Below are positions 48,293 through 62,078 of a stretch of DNA of 64,000 bases, piece by piece (the stretch's first letter is position 1; every line of letters begins with the position of its first letter). Source of the DNA: Tubulanus polymorphus. Lineage: Eukaryota; Animalia; Nemertea. Below the pieces are notes generated by a model, which was given only the letters and a program-made list of their open reading frames with translations, had not been told where the DNA came from and made no database searches. The translations under genes and the position numbers were made by a program. The stretch spans positions 5,604,231-5,668,230 of the forward strand of contig NC_134033.1 of the NCBI RefSeq assembly GCF_964204645.1. Reading direction: 5' to 3'.

Positions 48293-50105
48293 TCATTGTT
48301 TTCTCGCGTTATTTTAGTTTTGTCGTAATGTCGCCCTCATTTGCATATTCGTGTTTTTTATTTTATCAGCCACCATACTAAAGCTTTAAGGTCGCCTAAA
48401 ACTCGATAAACACTTCAAGCGACACAGCGAACATCTCCTTTCCTCCACAGCGAACACTTACTCCGAATGTCAAGTGTAAGTCCAGCATACGGATAGGAGT
48501 GTGTTTTATACTTGTATTTAGTAAATACCTTGTGGATTTGACAATGATCGGTATGTATTGTAGGAAATATAGAGTATTGATGGTATTGATATAGAGGGCC
48601 GCGGCCGAATAAAGTAATATATTCTTTTATTTTGATACCTCGTCGATATAACAGCTTTTCTCCGCTATATCTCTTCGGCGTGTTTAGTTTAGGCCTACGA
48701 CTCCATTGTACACTTATGATTTATCTTAGTAAAAACACGGTAAATTTGGTAAAGAAAAATAGGTATCGCTAAATCAACTGCTTGACGCCCGCAGCCAAAT
48801 CACTGGTAGTAATAAATTAATTTGTACTCGATTTGATTCTAAGAATGAGGAGAAACTCGCAGCTAATTCCCGGAACAACGATGTAGTGACACACGTCGAT
48901 TTGTCGATGTTTACGGCTCGACAGTGCTTTTAAAATCCAAAGTAGTAAATTTCCTGAGTATCAGTAATATAATTTGATGAGGAAAATGGGTTACTGTTAA
49001 AATTAGTTTTTAAAAACCGCGACAGAATGTGCAATCTTTCGGTAATAAATTTGTTAATTTATGCTTGAATTGATAATCGATGTGACAAGTAACGTGCGGT
49101 AGATTTCGGAAAGACGACTTAGAAAAACATGTCGGCTCTTTGAATGGGGCTCAATTTTCGATGTTTACGGCCCGACAGTGCTTTTGTAACGTTGATTCTT
49201 CAAAATTCGCACGGAGTATTTGTAGATCGAACTGAGCTGAATGATATCAGACGGATTGTATCGGCAACAGCGGTAATGTAAAAAAGCCTATGTACTTTTG
49301 ACAAAAAATGTAAGGAAAAAAATAATAATAATAATAAATATAGCTGCAAAGCAGCGATAACGGGTTTTCTGCACAGTCTTAGAATCCTGTTCAACGGTGG
49401 ATTTCAACAAAGCATTTGATAAGGCTCAACATCAGCCATTACTGAACAGGCTATTAGGAAACAGTATCAATGATAGGTCACCCAAATGGCACAGCAGTTA
49501 TCACTGAACGGAAACTTGTAACCGAAATCAACGGAACGCCTCATCTTGGAATGAGACGGTCTAACACGTAGAGTCACGCAAGGTAGTATCCTAAGTCATC
49601 TTCTGTTTAATGTCCTGACAAATGACATACAGAGTAATCCAAAATATACCAGAGTAAATTTCCAAAACAACCTTAACACACTGTTCGACCAAAAACTTAA
49701 TGTTCCGACAAAACCACGGGCGACAAAACCAAAATTATGAATTGTCGCGGGTGACAAAACCAAAATATTGAATTGTCACGGGCTACAAAACAAAAATAAT
49801 GAATTGTCGCGGGCGATTAAACCAAAATTATGAATTGTCGCGGGTGACAAAACCAAAATATTGAATTGTCACGGGCGACAAAACAAAAATAATGAATTGT
49901 CGCGGCCGATAAAACCAAAATAATGAATTGTCGCGGGCGATAAAACCACAATAATGAATTGTCGCGGGCGTTAAAACCAAAATATTGAATTGTCGCGGGC
50001 GATAAAACCACAATAATGAATTGTCGCTGACGACAAAAACAAACTATTGAATTGTTGCGTGCGTAAAAAACCAAAATAATGAATTGTCGCGGGCGACAAA
50101 ACCAA

Positions 50106-51519
50106 ACTAGGGGTCCAGGGACACCATGCTCACTTGGGCAGTGGTTTCAAATGCTCAACAATCTAACAATTTCAATACATAACGCCCTCTAGTGACCATA
50201 TACAAAAACCAATGCCCTTGAAACCCACCACAATCAAAGAACATGTGGGCAGCTATGATTTTGTAATTGATTGTGATAACAAAATATGCCTCGTTACCAA
50301 TTTAATATGGAAATACTAAGTTATTCTACTATTCAACGCCCCCTGGTGACCATTTGCAAAACCCAATGACCTTAAAACTCACCACAATCGTAGTACATGT
50401 CATGAAATACAACTTTGCAATTGATCATAGTAACAAAATATGCCTAGGTACCAATCTAATAAGGAAATACTAAGCCATTCTACTATTCAGCGCCCCCTGG
50501 TGACTATATGGAATAACTAATGTCCTTAAAAACTCACCACAATCATAGACGATGTCATGAACTACAACTTTGCGATGGATCATGGTAACAAACTATGCCT
50601 AGGTACCAATCTAATAAGGAAAAACTAAGATTTTCTACTATTCAACGCCCCCTGGTGACTATATGGAATAACTAATGTCCTTAAAAACTCACCACAAGCA
50701 TAGACGATGTCATGAACTACAACTTTGCCATTGATCGTGGTAACAAAATATGCCTTGGTACAAATATAATATAGCGATACTAAGTTATTGTATTATTCAA
50801 CGCCCCCTGATGGCCACATACAAAAACCAATGACCTTGAAACTCACCAAAATCATGGAACACGTTATGGGCTACAACTTTCCAATTGAATATAGTAACAC
50901 AATATGCTTAGGTATCAATTAATTGTGGAAAAACTTTTTCCCACCTACGAATGAGTACTGATGACACCATGATGGCCGCCAATTTCGTCATAATTGGCTG
51001 ATCAAAAATACCTGTCCCAGGTATAAAACATCCCTCTCTAAAGAATATCCATCAGCAATTGCAATGAGAAATGGCAAACGAGAAGGAAGCTACAGGACCT
51101 AGAATTCTGGCCAAAATTGACATTTTTCGGCACTAAAAAGGTCATAGGACGGCCATCTTGAGTCAGATAAACCCAATTTTCTTATGCTGATGGGCCCTTG
51201 GTAGATTCAAATATAAACGAAAGATCAAGGTAATTGATCAAAGCGTCTTCAAAATTTCCCACGAAAACTTCGAAAATGTTTAAAAAGTGCTGATTTTGGC
51301 AAACAACACTGGCTGCCAGTCAGCCATCCTGAATCTGACAGGGCCAGTTTTTGGGCTGACGATGTGTCTAGGGTAGATACATGTATAGACCAAATATCAA
51401 GACATTACCATGAAGCGTCTTCAAAACTTCCAAAAATAACAGGATTCCGTCTATAGAAGGACGGACGGACGAAAAGTGAACGCAATAGCCCGCTGGGACT
51501 AAAGTCCCAAGTGGACTGA
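50106..51519 (-). mobile_element. HINE-like element, copy 2 (one extra internal repeat)
   Basis: Colinear with 45716-46975 and inserted at an equivalent position in the satellite. Confidence 0.75.
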
Positions 51520-53360
51520 AAAAGGATTGTCGCGGGCGACAAAACCAAACTAATGAATTTTCGCGGGTGATAAAACCAAAATATTAAATTGTAGCGGGCG
51601 ACAAATCCAAACTAATGAATTGTCGCGGGCGATAAAACCAATCTAATGAATTGTCGCGGGCGATAAAACAAAAATATTGAATTTTCGCGGGCGATAAAAC
51701 CAAAAAAATGAATTGTCTCGGGCGACAAAACCAAAATATTTAATTGTCACGTGCGACAAAACCAAAATAATGAATTGTCGCGGGCGACAAAACCAAAATA
51801 ATGAATTGTCGCAGGCGATAAAACCAAAATAATGAATTGTCTAGGGCGACAAAACCAAAATAATGAATTGTCGCAGGCGGTAAAAACCAAATATTGAATT
51901 GTCGCGGGCGATAAAACCAAAATATTGAATTAGCGCGGGCGATAAAACCAAAATATTGAATTGTCGCGGGCGATAAAACCAAAATAATGAATTGTTGCGG
52001 GCGACAAAACCAAAATATTGAATTGTCGAGGGCGATAAAACCAAAATATTGAATTGTCGCAGGTGACAAAACCAAAAAAAGAATTGTCGGAGCGACAAAA
52101 CCAAAAAAATGAATTGTCTCAGGCGACAAAACCAAAATAATGAATTGTCGCGGGCGATAAAACCAAAATAATGAATTGTCTCGGGCGATAAAACCAAAAT
52201 ATTGAATTGTCGCGGGCGATAAAACCAAAATAATCAATTGTCGTGGGCGACAAAACCAAAATATTAAATTGTCGCGGGCGACAAAACCAAACTAATGAAT
52301 TGTCGCGGGCGACAAAACCAAAATATTGAATTGTGGGGGCGACAAAACCAAAATAATGAATTGTCGCGGGCGATAAAACCAAAATAATGAATTGTCGCGG
52401 GCGATAAAACCAAAATAATGAATTTTCGCGAGCGACAAAACCAAAATATTGATTCGTCGCGGGCGACAAAACCAAAAGATTGAATTATCGCGGGCGATAA
52501 AACCAAAATATTGAATTGTCGCGGATGATAAAACCAAAATAATGATTCGTCGCGGGCAAAAAAAACCAACATAATGAATTGTCTCGGTCGACAAAACAAA
52601 AATAATGAATTGTCGCGGGCGATAAAACCAAAATAATGAATTATCGCGGGCGATAAAACCAAAATATTGAATTGTCGCGGGCGATAAAACCAAAATAATG
52701 AATTGTCGCGGGCGACAAAACCAAAATATTGATTTGTCATGGGCGACAAAACCAAAATATTGAATTGTCGCGGGCGACAAAACCAAACTAATGAATTGTC
52801 GCGGGCGACAAAACCAAAATATTGAATTGTGGGGGCGACAAAACCAAAATAATGAATTGTCGCGGGCGATAAAACCAAAATAATGAATTGTCGCGGGCGA
52901 TAAAACCAAAATAATGAATTGTCGCGAGCGACAAAACCAAAATATTGATTTGTCGCGGGCGACAAAACCAAAATATTGAATTATCGCGGGCGATAAAACC
53001 AAAATATTGAATTGTCGCGGATGATAAAACCAAAATATTGAATTGTCGTGGGCGACAAAACCAAAAAAGAAAATTGTCGCGGGCGACAAAAACTAAATAT
53101 AAAACCAAAATAATGAATTGTCGCGGGCGACAAAAACCAAAATAATGAATTGTCGCTGGCGATAAAACCAAAGTAATGAATTGTCATGGGCGATAAAACC
53201 AAAATATTGAATTGTCGTGGGCGACAAAACCAAACTAATGAATTGTCGCAAGCGATGAAACCAAAATAATGAATTGTCGCGGGCGATAAAACCAAAATAT
53301 TGAATTGTCGCGTGTGACAAAACCAAAATAATGAATTGTCGCGGGCGACAAAATCAAAAT
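51520..53360. repeat. 31-bp satellite array (longer copy)
   Basis: Same unit, about 59 copies by length. Confidence 0.95.
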
Positions 53361-56300
53361 CATTGTTTTCTCGCGTTATTTTAGTTTTGTCGTAATGTCG
53401 CCCTCATTTGCATATTCGTGTTTTTTTATTTTATCAGCCACCATACTAAAGCCTTAAGGTCGCGTAAAACGCGATAAACACTTCAAGCGACACAGCGAAC
53501 GATCTTCTTTCCCCCTCAGCGAACACTTACTCCGATTGTCAAGTGTGAGTCCAGCATACGGATAGGAGTGTGTTATATACTTGTATTTAGTAAATACCTT
53601 GTGGATTTGACAATGATAGGTATGTACGGTAGGAAATATAGAGTATTGATGGTATTGATACAGAGGTTGAAGCCCGCGGCCGAATAAAGTAATATATTTC
53701 TTTATTTTGATACCTCGTCGACATAACAGCTTTTCTCCGCTATATCTCTTCGGCGTGTTTAGTTTAGGCCTACGACTCCCCGGTACACTTATGATTTATC
53801 TTAGTAAAAACACGGTAAATTTGGTAAAGAAAAATAGGTATCGCTAAATTAACTGCTTGACGCCCGCAGCCAAATCACTGGTAGTAATAAATTGATTTGT
53901 ACTCAATTTGATTCTCAGAATGAGGAGAAACTCGCAGCTGATTCCCGGAACGACGATGTAGTGACACACGTCGATTTGTCGATGTTTACGGCTCGACAGT
54001 GCTTTTAAAATCTAAAGTATTAAATTTCCTGTGTATCAGTAATATAATTTGATGAGGAAAATGGGTTACTGTTAAAATTAGTTTTTAAAAACCGCGACAG
54101 AATGTGCAATCTTTCGGTAATAAATTTGTTAATTTATGCTTGAATTGATAATCGATGTGTCAAGAAACGTGCGGTAGATTTCGGAAAGACGACTTAGAAA
54201 AACATGTCGGCTCTTTGAATGGGGCTCAATTTTCGATGTTTACGGCCCGACAGTGCTTTTGTAACGTTGATTCTTCAAAATTCGCACGGAGTATTTGTAG
54301 ATCGAACTGAGCTGAATGATATCAGACGGATTGTATCGGCAACAGCGGTAATGTAAAAAAGCCTACGTACTTTTGACAAAAAATGTGTGGAAAAAAATAA
54401 TAATAATAATAATAATAATAAGAAACACGCAAATCTCAATAGGGTTTTCTGTGATGTAACAGAAAACCCTAATAAATATAGCTGCAAGCAGCGATAACGG
54501 GTTTCTGCCTTTCTGGATAGAATGTCGTTCAGGGATGCGAGCAAAGATTTCACCCGAAATCAGTTCGTTACATTCCGTTTTTTGAAAGAGTGCCACCTAG
54601 GGGTCAACTCACAACATGGATATGTTGACCCACATGTGCTACTACGCGCACGTGCTACTACGCGCAAAGTACTAATGCGCCAGGTTTTGGGGGAAATAAC
54701 AACGAGAAGAACGAAGGTATGGTGTTTTTACCATTCCCTAGTTTAAGCGCATATTCGGTTATCATTAGTTCCGAAAAAAGTCGACTAGATAAGAAAACCG
54801 AATTTGGCCCAAAGCACAAATTTGGTCTATAGGGTAAACTATGCAGGAGGGAAGGCCTTATAGTGTTACTATTAGTAGAGGAGTGGCAAGTCAGTCTGAC
54901 GAGTCAAGCGATCAGATGGGGACCACAATTCATATATGAAATTGACGTCCAATAAACATTATAAAAACATAATTACTACCAATTACTGACAGTCACTGGT
55001 CTCTGGCTAGCAATCATTCTTTATCGGTGCAGTGGGTAGGTATTTTCAACTGACTTTGTCCTTCTATGACATTACCATCGCCGCTGCGTCACGATGTGAT
55101 GTACATGTACAAGGTTATGTATGTGATGTATAAACTGACTTTAGACCGTTTAATATCGACGATAACAAGGTATGTTTTTGGACCGGACCAATTCAATTCA
55201 ATTAAGAAAACGCGTACCGTACAATAAATAAATAAATAAACCGCTGTTGATTTTTCGAAGTATTGATATCCACGAACAGAACAATACTATTATAAGATGT
55301 TTAAAAGGAACTGCTTTTAATAACAGTATGAATAAACTTACTTCACAAACAAGGAAGTACATTTTTAACTTGTGAATGGTCGAACCCGAGTTATTCACAG
55401 TAACCTGTGATTTGGATATTCTCGGAGCCTTCCTTCTTTATTTATCTATGAAATGACGTCACAAACTTTCAGATTCGCGCCAGTATGGCGCCATGATTGA
55501 TGATTGCTATTTCCATCGGTGCTATCTTTAAGTAACTTCAAGTTTAAAATAGGAAGCACAGTACATCCATAGAAACTACGCGCAGAAAGAGACTGTTTTA
55601 TTATTATCAGAGTTTAAGATTTCGTTTCAAAGTTGTTAGTAGTCAAATCTAATAGAAGATGAATTTTATGTGACGAAACTCAGTGGAAAATATGTTAAAA
55701 TAATAATCTGCAAGAATCCAATAGGGTTTCTGCCGAGGCAGCAGAAACCCTAAATATAGCTGCAAAGCAGCGATAAAGGGTTTCCGCTGGATAGAATGGC
55801 GTACACGGATGCGTGCAAAAATTTCAACGAAATCAGTTCGTAACCTTTTTTAACGGAGCGCCTCCTAGGGGTCAGCTCATACCTTGGATATTTTGTCCCA
55901 TATAGTACCAGTTAGTCAAGTTTAGGGGAAAAACATCGAGAATAACAAAGATACGGTGTTTTTGCAGAATGAACAAAAATTGATGCTAGAATCAGTTTTC
56001 AAAATTAATGCCCCTAGTGGTTACAATGGGAACTAATGATGTAAGGGGTTCGCTCTATTTGTCATCCTAATATAAGTCACATATTGCATAATCATACATA
56101 CATCTACAATTTCATAAGCAACGGTTCATAACGCTTCATATCTCTGACTACATGGAAATGCTTAATAATAACAATAATATCAATAATGTAATATAACTTA
56201 TGAATATAGTTAATCAATATGTGCTTTAATGACGTTATCAACATGTCACATTACTCAATATTTCATTTCACTCAATTAGTTTTCATTGTAATTAGCTCTA

Positions 56301-56820
56301 GTCAGTGCTCATCAATAATTAATTTGTGTCTCTCAAACATGTCATCAGCCGGTTACATATTTCATATCAAGGTAAATGTGCATCAATTTTCATAGAAATC
56401 CCTTCATTCGCTTAGTAGATAACACTCAAAATGCCTTTCCAGCAACTTGTTGGTGGCGCTCCCGGAGAACCATGTGAGTTACCTACTTAAACCCGCACAT
56501 CAATACAAGTGTAAAGGGCTACTAACCACACATCGCAATTCTATTCGATTCTATCGCCAACGGTCACTAGGAGCAAAATAATTGTTTTTACAGTCCCCGC
56601 GTGGCAGTTGTATGAACTAATCATGCAGGTTGGCATAATTACATGCTTCGATTCAACAATGCACTTGTTCGAACAAAAAACTTATAAATGTTCCAACAAG
56701 TAAATTTTGCTCTAATGAAAACAATTCTTTTTGATCGAAGAATATAGTTTTTGTTGGAATAAAAAGCTTTTTATTCGCGTCAAAATATTTGTTGTACGTG
56801 CGCTGATATGTCATCTGTAA

Positions 56821-58158
56821 ACTACGGGTCCAGGGACACCTTGCCCACTTGGGAAGTGGTTTCAAATGCTCAATAATCAAACAATTTCAATAATCAACGC
56901 CCCTGGTGACCATATACAAAAACCAATGGCCTTGAAACTCACCACAATAATAGAACATGTCATGAACTACATATTAGCAACTACCATTTTGTTATTGATT
57001 GTGATAACAAAATATTCCTCGTTACCAATTTAATATGGAAATACAAAGTTATTCTACTATTCAGTGCCCCCTGGTGACCATAATCAAAACCCAATGACCT
57101 TGAAACTCACAGATAGAACATGTCATAATAGAACATGTCATGAACTACATGTTAGCAATTGATCATCGCCATCATCAAATACGGTTGCATAGGCTGTTGC
57201 CTATCATGGTAACAAGATGCCTAGGTACCAATATAACAAGGAAATACTAAGTTATTATACTATTCAGTGCCACCTGGTGACCATATAGAATAACTAATAT
57301 CCTTAACACTCATAGACGATGTCATGAGCTACAACTCTTCAATTGATTGTGGTAACAAATTATGCATTGGTACAAATATAATATAAAAATACTAAGATAT
57401 TGCATTATTCAATGCCCCCTGGTGGCCATATACAAAAACTAATGACCTTGAAACTCTTCACAACCATAAACCATGTCATGAGCTACAACTTTCCAATTGT
57501 ACACGTTATTAGCTACACTTTTCTAATTCATTGTGGTAACAAAATATGCTTAGGTATGAATATAATGTTGAAAACATTTTTCCCACCTACGAATGAGTAC
57601 TGATGACACCAAGATGACCGCCAATTGCGTCATAATTGGCCGATCAACAATACCTATCTGAGTTATCAAACATCCCTTTCCAAAAGATACGCATCAGCAA
57701 TTGCAATGAGAAATGGCAAACCAGTAGGAAGCTAAAAAAATTGACATTTTTGGGCACTAATAAGGTCATAGGACGGCCATCTTGAGTCCGATCGACCCAA
57801 TTTTTGTTATGCTGATGAACTCTGGAGAGATTCAAATAAATACGAAAGATCAAGGTAATTAATTGATCAAAGCGTCTTCAAAATGTCCCTCCAAAAGTTC
57901 AAAAACGTGTTTAAAGTGCTGATTTCGGAGAACAACAATGGCTGCCAGTCAACCATCTTCTGACAGGGCCACTTTTTGGGCCGAAGATGTGTCTAGGATG
58001 GATACATGTGTAACCATAATATAAAGACATTACATTGAAGCGTCTTCAAAACTTCCCAAAATAACTGGATCCCGTCTACGGACAAACGGGCGAATGGACG
58101 GATGACGGACGAAAAATGAACGCAAAAGCCCACTGGGACTAAAGTCCCAAGTGGGCTA
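56821..58158 (-). mobile_element. HINE-like element, copy 3 (more diverged, independent insertion site)
   Basis: GCCCACTTGGGA / TCCCAAGTGGGC subTIRs and the same body. Confidence 0.75.
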
Positions 58159-58424
58159 AAAATCGGAATTTTAGGCGTACATAAAAAATAAATGGTCCCT
58201 CTGACAAAAAAATTGTTGTGCAAAAAACAATTTCGTCAAACTAAAGTAAAACAGAAAACGATTCTGTTCGATCGAACAAAATAACTTCTCCTCATGAAAC
58301 GAAAAACTGTTTACAATGTACGAGTTCAAACGAAAAACTTAATGGTCCAACAAAAAAATTTTGTTCGAATGAAAACGATTCTGTTCGATTGAAGAATATA
58401 CGATCGGACTAAAAAATGTTTTCG

Positions 58425-60120
58425 AACGGAAACAATTGTGTTCAAATGATTTTTTCAAATTGGTTCGATCAAACAAAGTACTTTTGGTTCAAACGAAATC
58501 AATGTTTGTTAAGACGAAAAAAATGTTCTTGGTCGATTTAAAAATTCGATCGAAAATCGTGTTCATAAAAAACGCCGATCGTGAAATCGATCGCAAATGC
58601 TCGAAAAATACGTTTCTACGGTCGATCGCAAAAATCAGGTGCTCGTAAAAATGCCTCAAAGATCTTTTTATTCGGGCTCCCTAGTTACTAAGTCATCAGG
58701 ACTTAACAAAATACCAGTTTCATTAATGATGAAAAACTCTGAAAGCCGTCTGCTCAGTCGAAATTTTCAAAAAAGAATCTTCATTTTTGCCAATAGAATA
58801 TCGTTGGTGATTGTGATTGATCATTGCAAGTCACAGCCAGTGAATCACTAATGCCATTCTTATAAATCTGATTCCTCCTTTACAGGGAACTTAGCTTAAC
58901 CTAGTAGGCCTATGGATATGCGTAGGCCTAGCGTCCGGACAGAATTTAGGCCTGTTGAATTTCAACCTCCTAAACATCGAATGAAAACAATTGTGTTCGA
59001 ATGATTTTTTCAAAGTTCAATCAAACAAAGTACTTTTGGTTCGAACAAAAACATTTTTGTTGCGAGAAGATTTTGTTCGAGAGAAGGTGTTCGAACGAGC
59101 GAAGGCGTTTTTATGAGCATCCGATTTTGCAATCGATTTCGTGAACGATTTGCTCCAATCGTGCGATCGAATTAACGCTCGTAAATATGACGACGGTTTA
59201 GGCTAATCGAGAGACTTAAATAGCGACGATGAGAAAAAGATTGTATCTTTATCAACTAACCAGTGCCGCCATCTTGGAGATAAAATCATCAAATCGATTA
59301 CCGAGCGAGTTGGTCGATTTCAATAATCGATCGAAAATCGTGTTCGTAAAAACCGCCGATCGTGAAATCGATCGCAAAAATCAACGTTCAAACGTTTTTA
59401 TGAGCATCCAATTTTTGCGATTGATTTCGTGAACGATTTGCTACGATTGTGCGATGGAATCAAACGTTCGTAAAAATTACGATGGTGACCTAACATGGCG
59501 ACGATGAGAAAAAGATTTTATCTTCATCAACCACCCGGTGCAGCCATCTTGGAAAGTCACCAAATCGCTTGCCGAGCGAGTAAGTCGATTTAAAAATTCG
59601 ATCGGAAAATCGTGTTCGTAAAAACGCGCATCGTGAAATCGATCTAAAAAATCGGTGCTCGTAAATGCGTTTCTACGATCGATCGCAAAAATCAAATGCT
59701 CATTAAAACGCCTCAAAGATCATTTCATTCGGGGCTCCGTCATCAGGAATTAATAAAATACCAGTTTCATTAATGAAGAAAAACTCAAATGAAAAGTCTG
59801 AAAGCCGTCTGCGCAAACGAAATTTAAAAAAAAATCTGCTAATAAAATATCGTTGATAATTGTGATTGATCATTGCAAGTCAGAACCAGTGAATCACTAA
59901 TACCATTCTTATAAATCTGATTCCTTCTCCACAGGGAACTTAGCTTAACCTAGTAGGCATATGTATATGCGTAGGCCTAGCATCCGGACAGGGGCTTAGG
60001 CCTATTGGATTTCAACCTCCTAAACATCAAACGAAAACAACTGTGTTCGAATGATTGTATTTTTTGAAATTGGTTCGATCAAACAAAGTACTTTTGGTTC
60101 GAACGAAATCAATTTTTGTT
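58425..60120. repeat. Imperfect tandem duplication / dispersed repeat cluster
   Basis: 58530-59050 resembles 59585-60115; the block AAACAATTGTGTTCGAATG...AAAGTACTTTTGGTTC occurs at ~58429, ~58984 and ~60034. Confidence 0.75.
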
Positions 60121-61134
60121 GCGACGAAAAAAGCGAAGGTATTTGAACGAACAAAGGCGTATAGTACGTTTCGTCTGTATAGTTCGGATTTTATACCATC
60201 AACAAATGAACATGAACTTTAATTTTATTGATCCATATGATATACAAATGGAAGATCTCATTGGATTCGAGTCCCACTTACCACAGTGTACTCTGGATTG
60301 ATTTTATAGGTCCGATTTTTAAAGGGCTTTCCCTGGAGGGAAGGGAGGCGACTCACAAATCCCAAAATTCCACACAAGCCTTTGTAAAATTAGATAAAGA
60401 AAAAACAAGAGACAACAGAAAAGAAAAACTATATTGGCATATATCTATTTATATATTTATGTTTTGCTTCAGTGAAATAGATTTGCACAACAAACAAACA
60501 ACAGTCACTGGGTAGGCCCTACCGTAGCAAAAAGTTTAAATAAAAATACTACTTAGAATCATAATTACTACAGTCTGGATGTGAGTTAGAATATACTGTT
60601 TACCGGTATCGATAATAAACAGAAATCAATAGTCACATTACTAATACAGAGGGTACATGTACTTTCAAGCATCAATACCAGAGACAATTAGGCCTACATG
60701 TTAAGAAACATTCAGTCCTCAAAACATTTTGTTAGAGATAAGCGCGGCGCTAGTATGTACCACCACATATTGCAGGTAACAAATTATTGCAACACCTAAT
60801 GCTATACTCTTTAATTGCATTCTGGGCGGCCTTAAAATCACTACAGTCAGTAGATGACAGCGCAGACAATGTCGAATTGTCCGCCATACATATGTCATTC
60901 AACATGCTAATGTAAAACGCTAATCCGTTATACTATCTGTAGTCGGAACGGTCTGGTTTTGAGTCATCTGAAATAGTCAGTTCCCTGCCGAGGGGCGTCC
61001 CCGATGGTGTCCGATTCTCGTACCCGAAGGTATAGATACCGGTAACCAGTCTAACTCTACGCGACTCCAATGACAACTAATCGTTCCGCATAACACCCTT
61101 AATTGACTATAGCGTATGAATTATTTTATCTTAA

Positions 61135-62078
61135 ACCGTCAGACACCGTCATGAACTCACGGGTTATACTAAACACCGTCAGGAAATAAAAAACAATGAT
61201 TGTGAATTCTAAAATTGAATATCAACACTAAATGAGTCCTACTGTGCAAATTGAATTTGGAAATACATTTTTTTATATAACACGAGTTTTCCTCGGCCCG
61301 TTTTCCTTGGTAAACTCAACAATACGCTGTGCAAATTGTGCAAATTTTGTGAAATAAATCTTTTCGTAATATATCGTAGTTTTTAGTTTCTTAGTTTGAG
61401 TTAAACTTTTTTCCGAAATCTAACAATCACTTTATTTTTGCCAAATTGTTATTACTTCGAAATGACAACAAAGTGATTAATAAATTGCAAACTGGGTCTG
61501 TTCCATGTTCCCTAACCCCTTAATTTAAGTTAATTTTTCATTTGTTTATTTTGTTTAAAATCTTATATTTGTATCAATGTATAATTATTCTAAAATAAGA
61601 TTGATTACTTTGCCTTGATTTCAATGTACATTACAGTTCGAAAAAAGTTGAATAAATTGCGTTTCCTATTCATGTAAATATCAATTTTGTCAGTCATTTA
61701 CCTTGTATACATTTTTCAAAGTTTCCTTTTTTCATTAGATTATTTTGCCTTTTAAAAGTTGAATAAATGGGCCGGAATAAATTGTTTACCAGGGATTGCG
61801 TTTCCTATTCATGTAAATATCAATTTTATCAGTCATTTACCCTGTGTAGTGTATTTGTATATTGTTATTTTCAATTTTGCCTTTATTTTAATTTCGGCGT
61901 ACTCTTAATGTATAAGCTTGAGTTGATTTCTCAAATTGTGAATAAACAACATTTTAGTATTTTCAAGAGTCGTTTCAAATTTGCTTTCCTTTTCTGCCTT
62001 CAAGATTCACTCTTCATGACGGTGTCTGACGGTCTTCCTGACGGTGTCTGACGGCTCCTGACGGTGTTTAGTATGACC
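61135..62078. mobile_element. MITE-like element with inverted termini built from CACCGTCAG subrepeats
   Basis: GGTTATACTAAACACCGTCAGGA (61162) vs TCCTGACGGTGTTTAGTATGACC (ends 62078); ACCGTCAGACACCGTCATGAA (61135) vs TTCATGACGGTGTCTGACGGT (62013); AT-rich interior. Confidence 0.65.

Larger units (their letters stand above)
44300..54480. repeat. Higher-order tandem duplication; units start at ~44310, ~48460 and ~53530 (last partial)
   Basis: Repeating order: unique ~0.8-kb block, RT remnant, 31-bp satellite, HINE, 31-bp satellite. Confidence 0.85.

Noticed and set aside
46976-53360. 31-bp repeats as a CRISPR array, or the long minus-strand FWFYRPRQF ORFs as genes
   Set aside because: Units are head-to-tail with no unique spacers, there are no cas genes and the context is eukaryotic. 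The ORFs are artefacts of a stop-poor 31-bp unit.
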